Positions 7,132 to 11,961 of a stretch of DNA of 11,961 nt are shown piece after piece. A program made the translations under genes and the position numbers. The stretch comes from Candidatus Micrarchaeota archaeon. Lineage in GTDB: Archaea; Micrarchaeota; Micrarchaeia; Norongarragalinales; SBBD01. Location of the stretch: assembly GCA_043813365.1 (NCBI GenBank), contig JBDRLB010000067.1, positions 1-11,961 of the forward strand, written 5' to 3'. The notes beneath the pieces were generated by a model that saw only the letters and a list, made by a program, of their open reading frames with translations, was not told where the DNA came from and made no database searches. Numbering within the stretch: position 1 is the first letter of the stretch; each line of letters starts with the position of its first letter.

Positions 7132-7165
7132 CTATAAAACAAAAAAATTCTAAATGGTGATATGA

Positions 7166-7378
7166 ATGGGAAGAGTGAAGGGAAGGGGGACGAAAGTAGC
7201 GGCGCATAAATTGGTGAGGGCGAATGCGGCAATGTTCGGCCTGAGTTTCTCGAAGAACAAGGAAGCGCTTCGGAAGTTCGGGATCCTGTCAACAAATACC
7301 GTCGAAAGGAACCGGCTAGCCGGGGAGATAACAACAATAATGAAGCAGGAAATGCCGGCCGACGAGAGCACTGCTTAA
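7166..7378 (+). CDS. rps17e: 30S ribosomal protein S17e (divergent)
   Basis: 'MGRVK...K..A..L......F...F..NK..L...RNRLAG.IT' matches the S17e pattern. SD GGTGA at 7156-7160. Confidence 0.88.
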   Translation: MGRVKGRGTKVAAHKLVRANAAMFGLSFSKNKEALRKFGILSTNTVERNRLAGEITTIMKQEMPADESTA

Positions 7379-7417
7379 ATATATCCTCAACGTTACCGAT
7401 TGCATAAAGTGATCCGG

Positions 7418-8482
7418 ATGGACATTGATAACAGGCTGCAGCTGGCGATGAGGCCGCCGACGGAGGAGATTGTCACGCATGAGGAGATGCATGCGTTGCT
7501 GCAGAACGAGGCCCACCCCAGCCATTACATCGGACTGGAGATTTCCGGCAAATTGCACCTTGGAAGCCTATTGATCAATGGGTTCAAGGTGAATGATTTG
7601 ACGAAAGCGGGCTTCAAAACGCAGGTTTTCCTTGCGGATTGGCATTCCGTCATAAACAACAAGATGGGGGGCGACTGGGAAAAAATCAGGAAGGCCGCGA
7701 GATATTACGAGGAGGCGTTCAAATTCTTCTGCCCCGGAAGCAAAATAATCCGTGGGACCGAATTGTACGAGGGCAATGACGGGTACTGGAAGGACGTGAT
7801 CACTTTCTCAAAGCACCTTACGCTTGCGAGGGCAACCCGCTGCCTCACGATTTTGGGGAGGAGCGAGAAGGATTCGCTGGAGCTTGCGCAATATTTTTAC
7901 CCATCGATGCAGGCAATTGATGTGAAGCATCTTGAAGTGGATGTATGCCACGCGGGAATGGACCAGCGTAAGATACACATGGTGGCAAGGGAGGTATTCC
8001 CGAAAATGGGCATGAAGAAGCCGCTTGCTTTGCATCACCACCTGATTCCGGGGCTAACTGAGCCCCCGAAAACAACAACTTTGGATAAGGAGGAGCAGGT
8101 TGCTGCCTCAAAAATGAGCAAATCCCTTCCCGGAAGCGCAATATTCATCCATGATTCGGAGAAGGAGGTGCAGGAGAAGATCAGGAAGGCGTATTGCCCG
8201 GAAAAAACAGAAGGGAATCCGGTGCTGGAGATCGCCAAATACATCATATTCCATGAGAACAAAACGGTTGAAGTGAGGAGGGACAAGAAATTCGGCGGCG
8301 ACGTGGGTTACGAGAATTATTCGGAAATGGAGAAGGATTACCAGCTGAAGAAACTGCACGCGATGGACCTCAAGAATACGGTAGCGCATGAGCTGAATAA
8401 AATAATCGAACCCATAAGGGGTCATTTTGAATCGAAAAAAGAATTGCTGGAAGTTTTTGAGAACGCTGAAATCACCCGCTGA
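7418..8482 (+). CDS. tyrS: tyrosine--tRNA ligase, archaeal type
   Basis: 'YIGLEISG-LHLGS' (HIGH-like), 'FLADWH', 'YPSMQAID', 'GMDQRKIH', 'KMSKS', 'KAYCP', 'LHAMDLK'. The ATG at 7418 is preferred over the TTG at 7400. Confidence 0.97.
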   Translation: MDIDNRLQLAMRPPTEEIVTHEEMHALLQNEAHPSHYIGLEISGKLHLGSLLINGFKVNDLTKAGFKTQVFLADWHSVINNKMGGDWEKIRKAARYYEEAFKFFCPGSKIIRGTELYEGNDGYWKDVITFSKHLTLARATRCLTILGRSEKDSLELAQYFYPSMQAIDVKHLEVDVCHAGMDQRKIHMVAREVFPKMGMKKPLALHHHLIPGLTEPPKTTTLDKEEQVAASKMSKSLPGSAIFIHDSEKEVQEKIRKAYCPEKTEGNPVLEIAKYIIFHENKTVEVRRDKKFGGDVGYENYSEMEKDYQLKKLHAMDLKNTVAHELNKIIEPIRGHFESKKELLEVFENAEITR

Positions 8483-8491
8483 TGAACACAT

Positions 8492-9757
8492 ATGGCATTG
8501 ATCAGGCTTCCGAAAGTAAGGCTGAATTGGAAGAAACTATTGCACATAGGGAAGCTCCCGAAATTGCGGATAAGGCCCGAAAGGAAAAAATGGGACGGCA
8601 AGGCACCGCTTCGGGTGGGATTTTATACGGATACTTATTTGCCGAATGTTGACGGAGTCGTGAATTCGATCCTTTCCTACAAGGGGGAGCTGGAACGGAG
8701 AGGCGACGAGGTGTTCGTTTTCACTTCCGGAACTGAAGCGGATGAGAAGGAATATGGGGGGAAGAAGACATTCTTCTTTGAATCCGTGGTGTTCCCTCCT
8801 TACCCGCAATACAAGGTGGCGGTATTTCCTCTTTCCTCCATAAATTATGCGATGAAATCGAAATTGAGCCTGATACATTCGCATGCGATAGCTTCAATGG
8901 GAGTGGCGGCAATAGCAAGCGCAAAAGCGCTCAACCTGCCCCTCGTAGGCACATATCACACCATGATCCCCAAAGCAACTTTCATCCTGACCAAAAGCTC
9001 ATTTGGGAAGAAGCTGTTTTCTGCAGTTGCTTGGGGCGCAATAAGGCAGTTCTACAGCCCATTCGACCTCGTGACTGCCCCGACAAGGACAATTGAGAAG
9101 ATGCTAAACAAGCACGGTGTTGAGAAAACAGCTGTTGTGCCGAACGGGATCGACCTGAACAAATTTTCACCGAAATACGACCGGCAGATAGTGAGGAAGC
9201 TGTTTGGAATGAAACCAAATGAGAAAATCATACTGACATCCGGGAGGCTGAGCGGGGAAAAGAATGTGCATGTGCTGATCAAGGCATTCGAAAAACTAAG
9301 GGAGGAAAAGGAAGCGAAATTCATCATACAAGGCGATGGGCCTGCAAGGGCTGCTTGCCAGAAGTTGGCAAGGAAATCCAAATATTCAAAGGATATCATT
9401 TTCACGGGCTTCATAAAGGAATTCGAGGTGCCTTTCTTTTATTCAGCCGCGGATGTTTTCGCAACGGCTAGCACTTTTGAAACTCAGGGGCTTGCGATGC
9501 TGGAGTCGATGGCGTGCGGCCGCATTGCTGTGGGAGCAAACAGCCTTGCGATACCGGAGATGCTGCATGAGGGGGAAAACGGATTCCTTTTCAAGCCGTA
9601 CAACGAGCAGGAATGCGCGGAAAAGCTACTCAAAGCACTGGAGCTGAAGGACGGAAAGCTAAAAGCAATGGAAAAGAACGCCCGGAAGGTCGCATCGCAG
9701 TATTCCATACAGAAAAGCGTGGACAAGCTGATTGCAGCTTATGGGAAGGTGCTCTAA
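8492..9757 (+). CDS. GT4 (GT-B) glycosyltransferase, monoglucosyl-diacylglycerol-synthase-like subfamily
   Basis: 'FYTDTYLPNVDGV', 'GTYHT', 'VPNGID', 'GRLSGEKN', 'STFETQGLAMLESMACG' (EX7E), 'GENGFLF'. Confidence 0.93.
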   Translation: MALIRLPKVRLNWKKLLHIGKLPKLRIRPERKKWDGKAPLRVGFYTDTYLPNVDGVVNSILSYKGELERRGDEVFVFTSGTEADEKEYGGKKTFFFESVVFPPYPQYKVAVFPLSSINYAMKSKLSLIHSHAIASMGVAAIASAKALNLPLVGTYHTMIPKATFILTKSSFGKKLFSAVAWGAIRQFYSPFDLVTAPTRTIEKMLNKHGVEKTAVVPNGIDLNKFSPKYDRQIVRKLFGMKPNEKIILTSGRLSGEKNVHVLIKAFEKLREEKEAKFIIQGDGPARAACQKLARKSKYSKDIIFTGFIKEFEVPFFYSAADVFATASTFETQGLAMLESMACGRIAVGANSLAIPEMLHEGENGFLFKPYNEQECAEKLLKALELKDGKLKAMEKNARKVASQYSIQKSVDKLIAAYGKVL

Positions 9758-9781
9758 ACGTGTGCCAGGAACCGCATCTAA

Positions 9782-11206
9782 TCAATCGTATTTCCACATT
9801 ACCGGAGTTACCACGACCGCATCATAACCCTTCGAATGCAAATAGCTCCCTATTTCAAGGGCGAGATGCGTGGAGTAAAGGGTAGTCGTGCCATCAACAA
9901 CGCAATTGCCGCTGCAAATTGCATCCCCAGTGGGTTTGAATGAATAAGTGCTTATTTTCACCGGTTTTTGGGGGTTTTCAAGGAACCGTAGGGATATCTC
10001 CACTTCCTTTGGAGGCTGCAAGTCAAGTTCGCCTAAGAAATATCCCTCAGGTTTGACTGATTGTTTCAGATTTCCTACAAGCTGCTTCACCATGATTCCG
10101 CTCTCGGGTCGAATTACTGCAAACCAGCCTATTCTGTTGTACGATGAAAGGGGCGGATTGGAAAATTCCTTCAGCGCTGCATCTGTATCGGACGATTCGG
10201 GGAATCCGTATATAATTGCCTTCCCGGGCGGCTCCACATGTTCGCCATAATGCACGAAATTGAAAAGCGAATTCAGGTGGTAGAGGGAAAAGATGAGTAT
10301 AAACAGCATCGCTGCATGGCTGAATTTTTTGGGAAGGTCCCGCGGTTTCTCAAAAAACAGGAAAATCGAAATTGCGAGCAAGCCGGGTGCGAACCAGCCG
10401 AGGTATATGATGTTAGTCTGGGTGATGCGCGGGATGATTTCGCCGATTATCAGCATTAGCCCGAAGAGAGCGAGGAAATGCTTCCAGGAAAGGGATTTTG
10501 AATGGGAGAAATCGTATAAGACGAGAAGCACGATTGCATTGATCCCCGCAACTGTCATGAAGCCGCCGTCGAGGACGGAGATTATTGATGCGATAGCGGC
10601 AAATTCGAGGAGGAGGAACTTCCAGTATTCCCTTTCCCTTAAGGCAAGAAGGATTGAGAGCACAAAAATTATCGCGAGGATCGCAAGGGTAAGGACGGAA
10701 ACCGCATCTGGATATGGGGAAATGTCGTACATGGGCTTGCCGTTGTCAACAGAGGGGCCGAAGCCGATGCCGAATTCCTTCTCGATGAAATAAATCGCGG
10801 GCTTCAGCGAATGAGAATGCAGAGTGTAGGTTGCTTCCCAGCAGGTTATGCCGCTGCAGTCGGTGACATGGGCAGCATAGCCATTCAGGGGGGCGCCGAA
10901 TTTCTGGAGAATAAGCATGTTTGCTAGGAGATTGAACGCGAATCCGCATAGAATGGCGATCATGAGCGCGCGCCTTAAGCGCTTTTGTTCGATTTTTCCA
11001 AAGTTTTTGGGCAATTTCGGAATGGCAATCTTGACTGCCGCCATGAGGATGAAAAAGCCGATGAATACGATGCCCTTCCCGTAGCTGTTGCCTTCAGTGA
11101 GAAGATGGATGACTGAAGAAAGATAATCGCGGCTGCCGGGTATGAATAGGAATATGCCCAGCAGGGCTGCTGCAATAAGGAGCTGCAATAGTAGTTTCCC
11201 CCTCAT
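9782..11206 (-). CDS. polytopic membrane protein of unknown function (~9-10 TM plus a ~155-aa C-terminal soluble domain)
   Basis: 474-aa ORF with many hydrophobic segments, a long loop containing 'CSGITC' and 'HSHSLK', a 'LDGG' motif, and a C-terminal domain containing 'CSGNC'. Confidence 0.8.
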   Translation of the reverse strand: MRGKLLLQLLIAAALLGIFLFIPGSRDYLSSVIHLLTEGNSYGKGIVFIGFFILMAAVKIAIPKLPKNFGKIEQKRLRRALMIAILCGFAFNLLANMLILQKFGAPLNGYAAHVTDCSGITCWEATYTLHSHSLKPAIYFIEKEFGIGFGPSVDNGKPMYDISPYPDAVSVLTLAILAIIFVLSILLALREREYWKFLLLEFAAIASIISVLDGGFMTVAGINAIVLLVLYDFSHSKSLSWKHFLALFGLMLIIGEIIPRITQTNIIYLGWFAPGLLAISIFLFFEKPRDLPKKFSHAAMLFILIFSLYHLNSLFNFVHYGEHVEPPGKAIIYGFPESSDTDAALKEFSNPPLSSYNRIGWFAVIRPESGIMVKQLVGNLKQSVKPEGYFLGELDLQPPKEVEISLRFLENPQKPVKISTYSFKPTGDAICSGNCVVDGTTTLYSTHLALEIGSYLHSKGYDAVVVTPVMWKYD

Positions 11207-11346
11207 AGGAAGGGTTTAAATGATAAAAGTATAAATAGCCCTCTAGCTCGTAGAACAGGAGGGGGATTTTTAAACTTAGGGAAGGGTTTACGCCATCAAA
11301 TTTGCGGGTTTTCGTGCGCCAGCATTTTTTTTATAAAAGTGGGAAA
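11207..11346. promoter_or_regulatory. divergent promoter region with TATA-like boxes and an 11-bp direct repeat
   Basis: GGAAGGGTTTA at 11208-11218 and 11280-11290, several TTTAAA/TATAAA boxes, and the palindrome TTTTATAAAA at 11329-11338. Confidence 0.5.
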
Positions 11347-11961
11347 ATGGGGAGGAAGGTCTTTCATCCGGGAATGAAGGGTTGGCTATTGGCAGCAGCA
11401 GCCATAACGCTCGTACTCCTAGCCACGTTCTACTTCATCTTCATGATGGTGCCGTACTATGTCATCTTCATTTTCGTGAATTTCTTCTTCCTTTTCGTTG
11501 AGATAGTATACCTGCTCAAATTCAGGGAGGAAAAGGAGGCGGAAAGGAGCAGCAGGTTCCCGAGCATGACGGTCTTGGTGCCGGTTTACAACAGCGCGAA
11601 AACATTGCAGAAATCCCTGAGGGCAATAAAGGCGCTAAAATACCCGAGCAGGGTGGAGATCATAGTGATAGAGGACGCCAGCTCTGACGGGAGTTATGGG
11701 ATCGTCCGGAAGGAGGGCGGCGTGGATTTGATCAGGACGAAGGAAAATATCGGGAAAGCGGCATCGCTCAATCTGGGGCTCAGGAAAGCGAAGGGGGAAT
11801 TGATTGCCACAATCGATTCGGATACTTACCCAGAAAAGGACGTTCTGATGAAGATGGTGCCGCATTTTACTGATGAAAAAGTGGGGGCGGTAGTGGGGCT
11901 CATCTGCGCGAACAAGCCGAAAAACCTGCTTCAGCGCATACAGGAAGTGGAGTATTTCGTG
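11347..11961 (+). CDS. GT2 glycosyltransferase, processive CESA/PgaC/IcaA-like (3'-truncated by the window edge; absent from the ORF track)
   Basis: Hand translation from ATG 11347 (alternative 11374) is open to the window end. It gives two N-terminal TMs, then 'FPSMTVLVPVYN', 'VIEDASSDGS', 'GKAASLNLGL', 'TIDSDT' (DXD), 'VGAVVG', 'LQRIQEVEYF'. Confidence 0.92.
   Translation, partial: MGRKVFHPGMKGWLLAAAAITLVLLATFYFIFMMVPYYVIFIFVNFFFLFVEIVYLLKFREEKEAERSSRFPSMTVLVPVYNSAKTLQKSLRAIKALKYPSRVEIIVIEDASSDGSYGIVRKEGGVDLIRTKENIGKAASLNLGLRKAKGELIATIDSDTYPEKDVLMKMVPHFTDEKVGAVVGLICANKPKNLLQRIQEVEYFV

Noticed and set aside
7026..7337. 103-aa minus-strand ORF
   Set aside because: It is antisense to the tRNA and rps17e, so it is a shadow ORF.
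8479..8485. CTGATGA here and at 6390-6396 as C/D-box sRNA C boxes or recoded UGA codons
   Set aside because: They coincide with tandem stops or gaps of under 10 nt between genes. I found no suitably placed D box, and the upstream proteins end at natural C-termini.
11635..11865. 76-aa minus-strand ORF as the last gene
   Set aside because: It is antisense to the motif-rich GT2 reading frame on the plus strand.

Overview
Gene-dense archaeal chromosomal DNA, probably a DPANN-type archaeon such as Micrarchaeota (an inference from GGTGA ribosome-binding sites, TATA-like boxes, S17e, an archaeal TyrRS, a tRNA-Gln with A1-U72, and many short unassigned ORFs). In order it holds: a 5'-truncated RelE/HigB-like toxin coupled to an RNase H-fold 3'-5' exonuclease-like gene; two unassigned soluble ORFs; two small membrane proteins and a PH-like protein; an ABC-2 exporter whose permease carries a ~330-aa coiled-coil ectodomain; a DUF1616-like protein; a translation cluster (Trm9-like methyltransferase, tRNA-Gln(UUG), rps17e, tyrS); and a glycosylation cluster (GT4, an unknown polytopic membrane protein, a 3'-truncated processive GT2 missing from the ORF track). 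The best candidates for new biology are the permease ectodomain, whose Asp and Arg heptad stripes mirror each other about a central turn, the toxin-exonuclease pair, and the Trm9-like gene sitting next to a likely substrate tRNA. No CRISPR array or mobile element was found. All family assignments come from motif recognition, not database searches.
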